Under the pieces are notes generated by a model. That model was not told the origin of the DNA. It did no database searches and saw only the letters and a list, made by a program, of their open reading frames with translations. A stretch of 64,000 bases of DNA from Raillietiella orientalis (Eukaryota). The translations under genes were made by a program, and so were the position numbers. The number at the start of each line of letters is the position of its first letter. Position 1 is the stretch's first letter. Of this stretch, positions 38,801-57,648 are shown piece by piece. Location: assembly GCA_036172245.1 (NCBI GenBank), contig JAYWIR010000042.1:1488001-1552000 (forward strand), read 5' to 3'.

Positions 38801-41800
38801 CCAGTGCTGAAAGTCCAGTCAAAGGGATTAATGATGGTTTTCGAGAATTCACATGAAGACCTGTGCCAAAGAACACTTTGAAAAAAGAAACGCGCACCGG
38901 TTTTACCGAGCTTGTTTCCAGGAGTCTGCAGCAGCAACTTCGATCAATTCACCACTTCCGGTGCTGACCTGTTTCAGTGCATCAAGGGTCACGAAGTTTA
39001 TGCCGTTCCCATTATCGTGGCACAGCTTCAGGTAGTTGTTTGGAAACAGCATGTCAGGCAGTTTCGGAATGGGCAACTGCCTGGTGCAACTAAAACGAAA
39101 AACGGAACCCTGAGGTCTTCAGCAACACAAAGAAAACATCTGAATCGTGTGATACTGCTAACGATGGATGGGCGATCGTGCCACTGAGGTCTGTTGCTGA
39201 TGATGAACGAACTTTCAAACAAACCTGGCAAAATTACTCCGACAGGCAAACGGGGAGACGTACTATGAGCATACGCCAGAATGCTCAGAGTACTTTTTTG
39301 CCGTACTTTTGTTCTCGTAGTCGGATAATCATCTGGATTTAGGCGATGAGGGAAATACTGTAAGCCCCCGAAATTCCGGAAGTGGACAGATCAAAGATGC
39401 GAAAAAGGTTTCCCCAATAATTCAGTACGCAAAATATACAAAACGCCATAATTTTAATATTCGCTGGACTGGCTTGTACCGCTTTATCTTTCTGTATTTA
39501 TAGAAAAATGAGGAAAAGATGAGATTCTCTAATTGACCCATTCTTCCTTCCTTAGTCTGAACCAAAACAGTAAACATTTCACATTCGAATCATAGGGATC
39601 CAATGTGTTTCAAATACGTGTGGGCAGTGGTAAAAAATTGACCACTTGAAAAAAGATCCGAAATTCAATAATGTACTAAATATTAGTACATTATTGAATT
39701 AGTACATTAGTACATTAGTTTCCGAATGCCGATTGATTACTGCTTAGCAAACTCTCAAAACAAAATGCTACAATCGAGTATAACTAAGTATCTAGTAGCT
39801 ATAAGCAGATGGCATAATTAAAAAGTATTAAAGACACACCAATACTGAATGTGCTAAACAAAAGCAAATACAGAGAAGAACTTTCAACTTTCAGCTCAAG
39901 CAATTAGAAAAGTTTAAAATAGAGATGTTACTGGAGTCTACAGCAGTTCTTGAACAGTATGAAACCAAAGATCCAGTAAGACATACAAGATTACCTAACT
40001 CCTAACAGTAAATATAAAAAGAAATTCCAAAAAACATGGTGCTTAAAAATCATTACACATACTTCTGAAACACTTTGGATTTTTTGTTAGATAGAATGTT
40101 CCCATCTCTTGGGGGTGGAGAATGCTGTAGGGCATGCGAGATTTCAATTTTTCTATGCCACAGAAACCCAGATTTCTAAGAAGAATGCTATTATTCACAT
40201 TCCAATATGAAATGAGAGTAACGTAGGGCGACAGAGGTACAATGCATTATACATATATACAGAATGCTTCAGAAACATTCTAAAAACTGCAAGCCAACCC
40301 AAATAACCAAAAATATGCTCTCGATTGTACGGGTTTGACTTTCAAAGGTGATTCGCATCTATCTTATTTAAATGCTCATCAAAATCTGTTAACAATACCT
40401 AATTCAACTTTCATAATTTCCTTAGCTGTTGGGTCGTCCATCGCACACCAAACAGGATTAATCGACATGTGCTAATTATTGCAGAAAAGTTTATGTGATT
40501 TTTCTTCGGCCTTCAACTTTATGTTCCCTTGTTTTCAAAGATGAAAACCTATTTGAGAGATTGCATTCGCTTAAAAAGTTCTCTGACAACATGAAAAGCA
40601 CTGAATCCTCTCCATAAACTCCATTTCCACATTGCCTTGAGCCTACATTTGAAAACAAAGACATTGTCTTAATGCTTTTCTCCTTTAGATACAAAGCAGA
40701 TTACTTCTGATTGCAAACAAGGTGATCCAGATTAAACACTCACTGTACCATATACAATGGCAAACATACACAGTTTCATTAACTGGGTTGGTTTTCAAAT
40801 GCACAACTCTGCACTTCGTACACACAAATGCTGTTTGGTTAATGACATGATTCATTAGTATACAATAGTGAAATCCTCACAGATAATGATATACATAACC
40901 ACAAATAAATATGCAAGCAGAAAAAATGAGAAAATTATGCGCATATGCCATGTGATGATAAGTCTCTCAAATAAATGTGCCATGAGCAATCTGCAAACTC
41001 AGTTGTGACTGATATAATACCTGTTTGCACCCATTTGGAATTTGAATTAAGGGTCTATTAAAATATGAAAGCAAAAAAAAACATTAAGTCTTTGGAAAAA
41101 AGATCCAGTAATTTTACATATGGGTTTACAAATTTATCAAAAACATAGTAAGATGATGTTATTTCCCATTATATTTGATGTAGAATCATATTTCACAAGA
41201 AGGTACATAAAGCAAAAAACTTTGCTGTAAATGTAAAAAAGTTCATTTTGCCTGATTGCTACAAAAAGCAACAGAAACACAGCCATCTGATACTGACTGT
41301 GACTGACAAAATTTTTAGTTTAGAAATGATCCAATGCTCTTAACATTCATGAATTATTGCATCAGTTTTTTTCGTGGTATGCGATATGGACCTCATCTGT
41401 GAACAATATAAGCTGCACTGCCTTGGTATAAAAGTAATTTCAGCTATGTACTTTGTATATCATGAGTTTTTAGTAATTATAGTAGTAATTTAACAGAACA
41501 ATTACTTAGCCTTGATATTACTTTCAGAACACAATATATTCAGTTATTTTATTAAATTTACCATATTTTTCTGACTCTGAAACAGGAGTAATGTCTTTGG
41601 CTATTTATGATTTTTACAAACAAATGAGTGACCTGAATATGCTTGTCAATGCAAACAAGATACGCCCATTCACAAAATAGTACATCGAATTTAATATTTT
41701 TCTAAAAAGATAATTATCAGCAGCTTTTTAAATAACAATAATACTCTTTTGGGAGGAATGCCAAAATTTTCTGTCCAATCGCATTGCTGTATAAGATAGT

Positions 41801-43084
41801 CATGTAGTGCTGGGAAAGTGATAGCATAAACTCTTGTTGCATACAAAAAATGCAAAATAAAAGAATTACGAAGTTTTTGAAACCTAAAACCAAAACCAAA
41901 AAATATGGCTCTGGACCAATTCCCAAATTTAGAACTCGGAATTAAAAAAAACACACACATACATGCACATACACACACACAAATACAAACTTTCCTCTTA
42001 AAAACAGACTGTTTTATAGATTATGAAACTACAACTTTAAAGAAATTAAATACTTGAGTAACTGAGTGATTATTAAATTATATAGCCTGAAACCAATCCT
42101 AATTTGTTCATACATCTCTTTATTTGTTGTAAGCACATATTACTCACATGAACCTGCAAACAATAAAGCAGAATACACACTGTCCATATTCATAAGGTGA
42201 TATGATTTTGCACTCTTGAAAATTTGGCCAATTTTTGCCATTCACCATTTACCATACATTTTGTTCTTTTTTAATACATCATAAATAAACGTTCATTCAT
42301 TCTCAAGTTCATTTAGTGTAAACATTAGGGCTGGTTACTGGAATTCTTCCTTTTATAATACATCAACCTATATATAACCTGTATTGATGAAATTTAGAAA
42401 ATAACTGATGAGATTCATGCCTTCATATTTGCCTTAGAATTTAAGTGAAATGAACAACAGTAGACAAAAAATCTGATGTTTAATTAGCATTTGAAAATCC
42501 TCAAAAGTAAATAATTAATCTAAGAAACAAAGCTGTATATGTGCCTACTCAATTTGGAGTACTCAAGACCAAACATTATATTTCCACAAATGAATTCTCT
42601 GAAAGGTTTACAAATACTAAAAGTGGGACGGTTTTCAGGATGCAGCAATTTTACTTTAACATCGTTTAATTTCTAAGTACTTATTTCCGGGATTGGTTAG
42701 GTACATGAAGTATATTCAAACCCCTTTCATTAATTCGTAACTAAATATGGCTAATACCTTGGAAGAATACACAATAACCCAAGATTAAAGGCATCCCTTG
42801 AATTGTAACATAATTCCTCTACACAAATGAAAGTAATAGCGCTTGTTATTTGACCAGATCTGAATTTCGGCACTGAGAAACGGTGATTCGGTTCCCATTT
42901 AACAGATAGTCACTCACTTGCAGAATTCACAAAGATTGCTCAGTTCGGTCGAAACGGACTGGCAGATGTCCGGATGCTTGCAAGAGGACCTTAAAATATG
43001 ATCTTTCGCCACCTCAAAGGTCCACATCCGATGCTTAAAAACCCGTTTATCTCCTGGTAGCAATTCGGGCACTAAATCACACAT
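35869..43084 (-). CDS. TIPRL: TIP41-like protein (TOR signalling / PP2A regulator), 275 aa; exons 43084-42918, 39089-38907, 38860-38629, 38580-38422, 35955-35869
   Basis: WTFEVAKDHILRS, LPIPKLPDMLFPNNYL, PFDWTFSTGYKGTL, LFEDELSDHGISLLTVKVRVMP, RFYLRVDDVLVRIYDTRLYHE, PNLAAQYLPLREITNEKLAF*. All introns are GT-AG; exon lengths sum to 828 nt with consistent phases. Confidence 0.95.
39662..39700. repeat. Perfect hairpin, 18-bp stem with 3-nt loop, in TIPRL intron 1
   Basis: AATTCAATAATGTACTAA-ATA-TTAGTACATTATTGAATT, followed by TAGTACAT tandem copies. Confidence 0.9.
42380..42642 (-). repeat. Inverted repeat, left arm (TIPRL intron 1)
   Basis: Reverse complement aligns with 44192-44460, e.g. CATCCTGAAAACC..CCTTTCAG..AATTCATTTGTGGA and TTTCTTAGATTAATTATTTACTTTTG..AAATGCTAATTAAACAT..ATTTCACTTAAATTCTAA. 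Confidence 0.85.
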
Positions 43085-43898
43085 CGTGGGACGTGCCGAG
43101 CTTACAGAAATTCAAAAGGAACGCACTTGGACACCACGGCTGTGAAGAATTGGCACACTGGAATTGTACCTGGAAAACCAGCAAGATGAACGCGCGACCC
43201 TGGTAAACTCTACACCGTGGACAACATGTTGTCGGAAAATAGCAATCAGAAAGCACTGGCAATTTATCTACAAAGCACTGCGTACCTTCTTTTTTTTTTT
43301 TTTTCTTCAGTAGGATCTGTGAATAAAATTGCTGTTTTATTTATGGAGTCAATATGTAAGGCTCTTGGAAATTTTCGCGTGCAGTCATTCAAAAAAAATA
43401 TAATATATATATATAATATATAATACATATAATATATAATATATATATATATATTGTTCCTTTTAAAGCTTAAAAGACTTACAAGATGTTTATATAAGTT
43501 TTGCAAAAAGAAAGGTGCATTGACATTTCCGGTTGCAGTTTAACGTCGTGAAATAAAAAGATTCCTCGGAAATGATCGCATAAAATACTTTTTTTTTCTT
43601 CCCCCTGCTAATGTAAACAGAAATTCTTTCTTTTAGGTATTGAGATATGTGTATCGAGCAAATTCAAACTACAAATGTCAGTAATGGTATTTTAATTAAC
43701 TGACAATGAGCTTTGGCACCCTGCGAAAACATGGTCAAACTTGCGAACAGCCTTCACTGTTGTGCGTGAATGGTGTGCTGTTTAGCATTATTGAAACCAC
43801 CACCTTTGTAAGTGAGCAGTTTCGTGGTATTAGATGAGAAGACTCCAACAAAATGACAGAAAGCAGAAAACAGAAAAAAATATTTACATCTGCCTATC
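43085..43898. promoter_or_regulatory. Bidirectional promoter / 5'UTR region of TIPRL and TMEM185, with central (TA)n-like tract
   Basis: Divergent ATGs only 814 bp apart; CpGs retained locally; TA-rich tract at 43398-43454. Confidence 0.7.
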
Positions 43899-49739
<5,841 letters not shown>

Positions 49740-49939
49740 GAAGAAAGAGACTAAGGGACTAACCAATACAACTCACTTGCATATTTACCATAGTACACCG
49801 TTTATCATTATATGCAGGCTTTCGTTTCGTGTTTTACACCTACCCCTTACGTGATTTTCTGTTTTCCTTTTCAAATACTACTACTTTACGATCCGAATAG
49901 CGTTTTGTTCAATTTGGTGTACTCTGGAAAGCAGAAGGA

Positions 49940-49945
49940 AATAAA
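49940..49945 (+). terminator. Candidate polyadenylation signal of TMEM185
   Basis: AATAAA about 200 nt after the stop codon. Confidence 0.4.
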
Positions 49946-50965
49946 CCGTTATGCTGGATGATAACTCAGTAGCCCACAAAATCTTGCATTGGTGTGATCG
50001 CAAGCATACGTATCGATAGGTCCGAGCGCCTATTTCAAAATGAACGGAAATATGAGGTAGGATGCCATTACACGGAGTTCTCCAGCAAAGTAAAACACAA
50101 CAACCAGTTAAACATACATCCTTACCAAAAAGTCCATCCGCACCACTCGTAACTCGGACCGTCTCCAGTTGTGGAAAACTGATTATCCGGACTGCCCGTC
50201 ACCTTTTGAATTTATTCAAAAGCTTTATCCAAACACAGTTGATGGTCTTTCGCACTTCTTCCACCTCGTTTACGAAAGCAAAAGAAATGTCTGCATTGGG
50301 GGCGCACGTAGGTCGCTCCTCGCCCGCTGCAGTTAAGTACAGAACATCATTCGTGGGCACTTCAGGATTTTTCGTGTATGCACAATAAATGTGTGTTTAT
50401 CCTTGCTTGGTCGATTTTCTTAGCTTTCGTATTCGAATGACAGGGCTTTCGCGCGATTCTTTAGCACTGAAAAGCAATTTTTGATTCCAGTTTACAGGTT
50501 GTTTGTAGTTTCGTGGTCGTTGTCGGCTCTAGAGGTAGTGCAATGCCGTCGGTGAAGCCCTTTGCATGAAGGCGTCATGAAAAAAAAATGTGGAGCAAAA
50601 AGTAAGTAATTATTGTGAATCCTTGTGGTCAGGCGCCCTTTTTTTATCCTTTGTAACCGGTCGGGCAAAAACTCTAGAAAATCCACAGTGCTGCTTTCAT
50701 GCGGGTGGCTGTTCAGATCACCCTGATAGTTAAGGTGGTTCGAGTTGCTTGCACCAAGCGCAGTTGCACTTCTTCGGTGCGACCTCATTCTTTCAGTTTC
50801 CCACTTAGCCGTATGCAAAATAAACAAAAGTCGTGACCACTTGGCCTCTGCTCCATCATTGTGTTTAGCCGCTTGTGTGGGTGGGTGGAAGGCAAAAGTT
50901 TGGAATGAAGTACCTCAACACGAAATTTATCTCAGTATATAAATTCCTTTGGCGCACTAAACTCA

Positions 50966-50969
<4 letters not shown>

Positions 50970-50998
<29 letters not shown>
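50970..50998. repeat. (GT)n microsatellite
   Basis: Direct inspection. Confidence 0.9.
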
Positions 50999-51001
<3 letters not shown>

Positions 51002-54000
51002 TTTTGACTCGCGATGCAGCCTTCTTAGTTCCGGCTCGGTCCTTTGAAATGCATGCGTACACAATAAGCATCATCATATGTACAACAAAATGCAAAAGTG
51101 GTGAGGAATTCGTGGTGAAAACGTGAGAACGTTATTAAAATAATGAATAGGGATGAGCAATTGTGCAAATTCTCTGTGGATAGAACGGATAGATGCCTTA
51201 GGGAGAGAAAATAGCACAAAGCAGTTCTAGGAGATTACGAATTCAGAATCCATGTAAATGTGCATTCTTCCAATGTGCATCTCCTGTTCTATGCAGTAGA
51301 CAAGTCGCATAATCGAAAGTACTGGGCTAAGAAAGTAGGAGGGACCTAGGGATTCGATTCAGATGGGGTATGCATTTCGTGGTCCGATTCCAAGCACAGA
51401 AAACCAAATTCGACCATAACAGCGCAAACTCTTCAAACGCACTTCCGATGACCGAGACTCGAGGTCATACGGGGAACCGAGCAGCGACATAAGTTTTCTT
51501 TTAAAAAGGAGACTACTAGCTGGAATTGCGGTTGAGAATATGCCCACTGCTACGAGACGCAACTACACACGGGAACTTGTGTGACGAGATTTTCTCACCA
51601 ATCGCCTAAAAAAACAGATAATCCATCTGGTGGATGAGCTTTAGCACACTTTTTGACCCCAGCGCTCTTTCACAGCTCTGCTCCATGCCCCCAAAGAAAG
51701 TTGTATATCCCTTTCGTACCCATAATGCCGAACACGAACTAGGGCAACAACATGCTGCAACGGGACGCAACTTTTGCGGCAACCGGGTCAGTACATGGAA
51801 GCTTTCTGCTTGTGTTAAAGACTACGGAGGTATTCCATCTCTTCCCTAGGAAGGAAAAAATGCGGAAAGCGCACCAGGCTTGCAGCGCACGCTGGTGGCT
51901 CGCACAGAAGAAATGTTGTCTTCCCCTCTCTGCTTGTTCCTTCATCTCAAAACCTCACTTCTAGGCATTCGCCTCCTCGCTTAATTCCGATAGTCGCACT
52001 AGAACTCCCCCCCCTCCTCCTCCTCCCCCATTCCCCCGAAAATGTCCATTTCGCGCAAGGTGGCATCCTCGAACCGAGATCCTGGCTCTCCTTAGCAGGA
52101 CAGCTCTCCCCTTTTGCTCCTTCCAAGGAAGAGCCGATTCCGAACGCGTCATCGACGTGCTTCACGATGAAATCACAGATTTTTTCGAAGTCTCCACGTT
52201 CACACTCGAAAGGAGGCGTCGTCATTGTTTCTGTCTCTCAGGAGAAACCACTCTTCCTGTGCTCTCTCTCTTCTATGCCATGCAGATTCTTGCTCTCTGA
52301 ACTCGGGATTCGTTTCGGCACAGCCACCTGTGCGGCGGAATGAAGTGGTGCTCGGGGGAGGATCCTGTTGGAAGACGCAGGAACTCGCGATGCTGTTCCT
52401 GCGGTTCTCATCCTTCGTCGGAAAAAAATGCCAATGGTTTGGCACGGAATCTGCGTTCCCGAACGGGACGCGTCGTGCTTCCAATCGTTCCCGTCGTACG
52501 TCTTACGTCGACGACGCTGCCTCCTTCAAATCGGCGAATCCACCCTGGAGACAGCCCGGCTCTCCACTTTCTTCGCGAACTGCATGCACACTTGTAGGTT
52601 TACTCTCATTTCCCACCTTTCTTCAGTTCAGAAAGGAAAAGAAGGAGAAAAAAACGTGCTCAGCCACCACCTGAATTCGCACGAAACAATTTGGATCCCT
52701 AGGTAGAAAGCATTCTTCAGCTGTGCTTGCTTTGCTTTTCTCCACCAGCGGAATGTTCCTGGAGTACACGAAACCACTGGACTCGAGATCTCTGTCGATT
52801 CGAAAATTCTTCCGCGGACTTTCGAATGTTTTCGTGCTATGTGGGTGGGTGGCTCCTGGGATGCAGCGCACGCGCTTCGCCGTGACCCGGGGATCATTTC
52901 CACTGCTTGCAATGAGAGTATGTGCAAGAAACACTCCGACCGGGAAGAGGAAGATTTCACAGGAGTGTTTCCACAGAAACATTTTCGAAACGAATGTTTC
53001 TGTTATCGAAAGTACTGGTAGTGGGTAGGCATCCTCAAACACCTGGTAGTGAGAGCTTTTAGCAATAATTCTTCTAGCCAGCAATAAGTCTGAAACAACG
53101 CGAAATCCTGGGGAGCGCGTCCAGCATCTGCTGAACATGTTAATCGGCTGAAACCGTATCTGCACGACCCGCAGGCGAGCTCTGTGTTGCACGGATTTCG
53201 TCCGTGCAACTCATAGCTCATCGGAGACCCTACTGCCAAAGATGGATTCGGCACAAAGGAAACGGAAGCGGTCCACCCTCCGAGTACCTGGAAACATCCA
53301 CGAAATCGTCCGGTTCGGCTCGCAGCAAGCGAATCTGCCCAGTGGGAAGCAAAGCGGTTACGCTTCACGGCAGCAAGTTCGCAGCTGTCCCCAGTCCAAC
53401 CTTCTCTTTGGCACATCACGCACCTCGGAAAGTTTAGGTGTATACCGTGGAAATGCAACTACGAGATCTCTCTCCGGTGCTTAGCAGGTGCAGGGTACGT
53501 GCATTCCTGTCGGTTTCAGTTTAAGGATTCTCTTCCAACTCGGCGCTTGAACCTCTGCGTTCCCTCGGCTCGCTTACGCAAGCCAAGGGCGATGTCCAAT
53601 TCCATCCCCCAAAAAAAATATGCAAAGATTATAACTGGGCCTTGAAGGATAACCTTGGGGGAAAAAAAGTCCAACCTTCCTCGGACCTCAGAAGCATGCA
53701 AACGGTGCAGCACGAGCTCTTTATTCTCAAGGGTCGAACGCCGAAGCCAAGCCGCAAGAATACGGAAGACCCAAATAGGCGAAATGGGGAAGGAGTGAGC
53801 GCTCTGCAAGGTGCATCACCTCTAACCGACCTCGAGGGTGCTTTCTTCCAAAAAGGGCGTAGCAGACTGTGCGCACCTCGTTAACATGAGGTGAGCATAA
53901 TTCACGAAAAAGGAATCCTGGAGCGTGAGCTCTGCATGAAGTGTCTACACACCCTTGCTACCTGACTTTTTTACCGCATAAGGAAGGAGTTTAAAAAAAA

Positions 54001-57000
54001 ACATAAAAAACAAAACGACGTTCAAACGGAGGACACGAATTGTCGATAAAAACGCGGAGCTGCATGTGAGACGCACGGAAACTCCAAATTTTCAAAACGC
54101 GCAAGAACGTTTTCGTTCAAAGTGCTCAGCTACGGAGTCCGTTTCCCGCATCCACCTCATTCTGTGACCACCCGATTCGATCTTCTCGATGGCTGGAGCA
54201 CGGGTGCGACAGTGGTGGAACATGGAATGATTTTTTGATCGGATTAAGGATCGGCAGATGACACGTAATAGAGTAAGAGTGACTTAAATTAGTTTGTAGT
54301 GTTTAATAATTATCTGTACAATTATTTAGTTCATGACACAATACACAACACATCGTTTACTACAGACAGTTATCTAATAGGATGTGTTTAAATTACGCCG
54401 ACATCTTACACAGCATTTATGTCTAATATTAAGTTCAGGCAAGCTTCATTTATGAATCTCATTATCTAGAAAATAAATGCATGATCCATTATATGATAAA
54501 ATCGGCGAAAGCGCAATCACAGCTCGCTCCACAAGAATTACTCAGACCTCAATGAAAGAGAAAGCAGTTTGCAGCTTTTCGTCACTATGTGTGACATTTG
54601 CATTAAAACCAAATGAGACGTAGACCTTCCGTTCGGCATAAACAGCCTCGAAAAAGAAACCTTCCACCTCCAGCCTTCATTATAGGCTCTAGTTCGATGC
54701 ACACGGCAAAACTGGGCAACCGCGAACGCTACCTGCACTGCTACTGATGATGATGAGGGGATTTCCCCATTGCCTGCCTGAAAAGGCGGGAACGGGGAAC
54801 AGGAGTTCATTAGAACATGACACCAAGCAGAAGAAATAATGAGGTTGCGAACGCACATAGCACATAAACAAGATGGAAGTTGGCGCTTTCGATTATTTCT
54901 TCCGATCACAACTGTGACCTGAACTTTGGATTCCGCAACCGTTTCCTAGAAAGGAGCTCTTGGATGATAGTTGATGATGCCAGAACGCGCCCAGGTTTGA
55001 GAAATGAGAAGTTTCGCACGCATCTTTAAAGTGGTTTTGGACGTCGAAACGATTCTTTCTTTCAAGAACGGACGGGCACTGCATCACTTGTTTGGTTTCT
55101 AACTAAACTTCAAAGAATGCTGGCAACCCTGGGTTACGGCTTCGAAGGACCCATACGCAAGGGGAGTTCCCACGTCTCTTGTGATTTTTGACTGTACCCG
55201 GCAACTGTGGGGATGGAGAACGCTCGAAGCAAAAGTGACTAACCGGCAACGTTTGCGCAGCTTCTGAACACTGTGCTCCACTCGGCGTATGCGGTAAAGT
55301 TTCACCCATTTTATAACAACACAGTCAACGAAATGAACAGACATATGAATGGTTCCACAAGGCGAACTCTACACGTGAAATTATTACCCAAACATGAGAT
55401 TCGTTTCCACAGCTCTCCTGAACACCTCAATCCGCAAGTGAGATGAGCGCAAAACAAAAAAAAAAGAGGGTCGAAGATCATCAAAACTAGTGCAATCCAG
55501 AAGCAAACGAACCCCCAAAATGATCACTTTTCATTGGGGCGGAACTGGCACTGGGTTGCAAGTGAGCGAAAGAACTCTAAAGGCAGCAGATAAAAGACTC
55601 AGAAACGAACAATTATCCATCACGAATCCATTAATCAAGAGTTGGCGACGCTTGTTTCGTCGGGTGATCTTACTGCACCACAGTTAGGCTTGAAAAAGCA
55701 AGTGTTGCACTCATCCAGCTTGTCATGCTACTTGGACTTGGGCCCTCCCAAGCATTCCTCCCGCACGCCGGACTTCAAACTGGCATGCAATTGGACACCA
55801 CGCAACCGACGCTGATCAGAAAATCTTTCCACGTCCTTGCAACATGGTGACCGCAGCACATCCCTGATGACAAGCACTAGGAAGCAACAAACTTGTAAGG
55901 AGCACCATCTTTGCCAAACGCCTACGGTAGCACAAAACATCATGGAGAGGTTGGGAGTACGTACACCTGCAAAAGTACACTAGCAAACTGTAGACACACA
56001 CATAAGGAAATCTGATCAGCTTTTGCAGGAAGGGACTGCAACGCTTGATACGATGCATCTCCAATGAGCCACGACGGCTAAATCAATGAGAGAGCTAAAT
56101 GCTTGCTGCTGTTAGAATTGGAGGCAACCAAATACTATTATTATTGATGAACGGCAACAAACGTACGCCGATAATTCAGCTGAGATGTGTTCCATGAGCA
56201 TGGGGTTGACGTGCTGTTTGGAATGGGATATTCGAAATAAAAATGGCTGCGAAATGCGATCCTCGAGCTTCTAAGGCAGCTGAGCTGCAAAGGAACACGA
56301 CCAGGAAAACGTATCGGGAGCCCTTACATGGTGGGAGTTATCTAGAAACCAATGACCCCCCATACATGGGAGGTCATTGGTTTCATAGACCTAGGGTCTG
56401 TAAATTTGGATGAATATTTCTGAAGTGTTGGAGCAACTCGCATGCCATCGTATACTTGACACGGTGGCCACACATCCCGACAACATTGCCGAAATGCACC
56501 TGATGTCTCCCAACTGCCCCAACCAAACGAGACTAAAACCAACACTTTCCCCTATAACCGTAAAAACAGAGAGTATATTAGTTGATGATATCCTGTGCTT
56601 ATGCAAGAGTGCTGGTGCAAAAACGAGGTGCGAATGCAACAACTCGGAAAAAATCTCTTCTCACTGTAACAGCTCACGGATATAAATGAAAGAACAATTT
56701 ATAGAAATTACATTTCATTTATAATTACGACAGTTCACAAATACTACGAATCTTACATATATATATATATATGCGTTTGCCAATTTATTTTTTCATGTTT
56801 TCATGCACTCTCCAAGTAACATCAGCAAACGAGCTGTGCAGCCTGAACTTCACGTTCAAGAACGGAAGTATCTCCTAATGTGCAATTACAAAAGCGGCTC
56901 GGTGTTCGCTGTGTGTGCAAAAGTGGGAAGAGCGGAGCAATGAAAAGAAAGCCTGAAAAAACAAGCGTGCATTTCTAAAAACATGTATTTTCTTGAAAGC

Positions 57001-57106
57001 TGGTATGTTCTACACACACTGGGCACACAACCGTGCTCACATACTTGACAACTTCAAGCAGTCCTGAGGACGTCTGATTCCTCTCTTTGGGGGAAATTGA
57101 AAATTC

Positions 57107-57648
57107 TCAGTCTTCAGAACCATAAAATGTTTGGCGGATTCGAAGAGAAAGCTTGTGTATAACCTGTTGGAATAGCAACCATCCGCTTAAAAAAAAAAGG
57201 AATCCTACCTTGTACACCTCGTTGGGGTACCAAACAGGATGCTGATACTCCCTACTCCTACATTTCTGGCAATGCTGTCCAAACAACCGGAAGAAGATTA
57301 TGCCAAAGTCCATGGGGGACACATCGCTCCAGCACAGCTGGTAGGCGAATTCCACCTTCCCCTTCACGCTTGTCCAGACGTGGTCACAGTTCTAAGCACA
57401 TAACTGTGCGATGGGCAAGAAGTGGATGAGTAGCAAATCTATTTGTTACCTCACATCTGAATTTGACTTTCACTGCATCAGTGTAATGGACCCAAAACGT
57501 TTCCTTCGGAAAATCCTTAACCGGACTAAGTCTCCAGGGGTGAGGAAATTCTCTAAACTTATAAATGAATTCTGCGGTCCAGTATTCCCTCAAGCCCCTG
57601 AATACAGATCGTTATTATACACTCTTCTTCTTTCGATACGTACATCAT
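57107..57648 (-). CDS. Receptor-transporting-protein-like zf-3CxxC protein; exons ..57648-57644, 57597-57450, 57391-57209, 57163-57107; C-terminus apparently disrupted
   Basis: WTAEF..HPWRL..AVKVKFRCENCDHVWTSVKGKVEF..FRLFGQHCQKC..PVWYPNEV..IRQTFYG, typical of the zf-3CxxC (RTP/ZAR1) domain. Introns of 46, 58 and 45 nt. Start uncertain. Confidence 0.8.

Noticed and set aside
54180..54540. AT-rich insert with possible inverted ends
   Set aside because: Similarity between the ends is too weak and no TSD was found.
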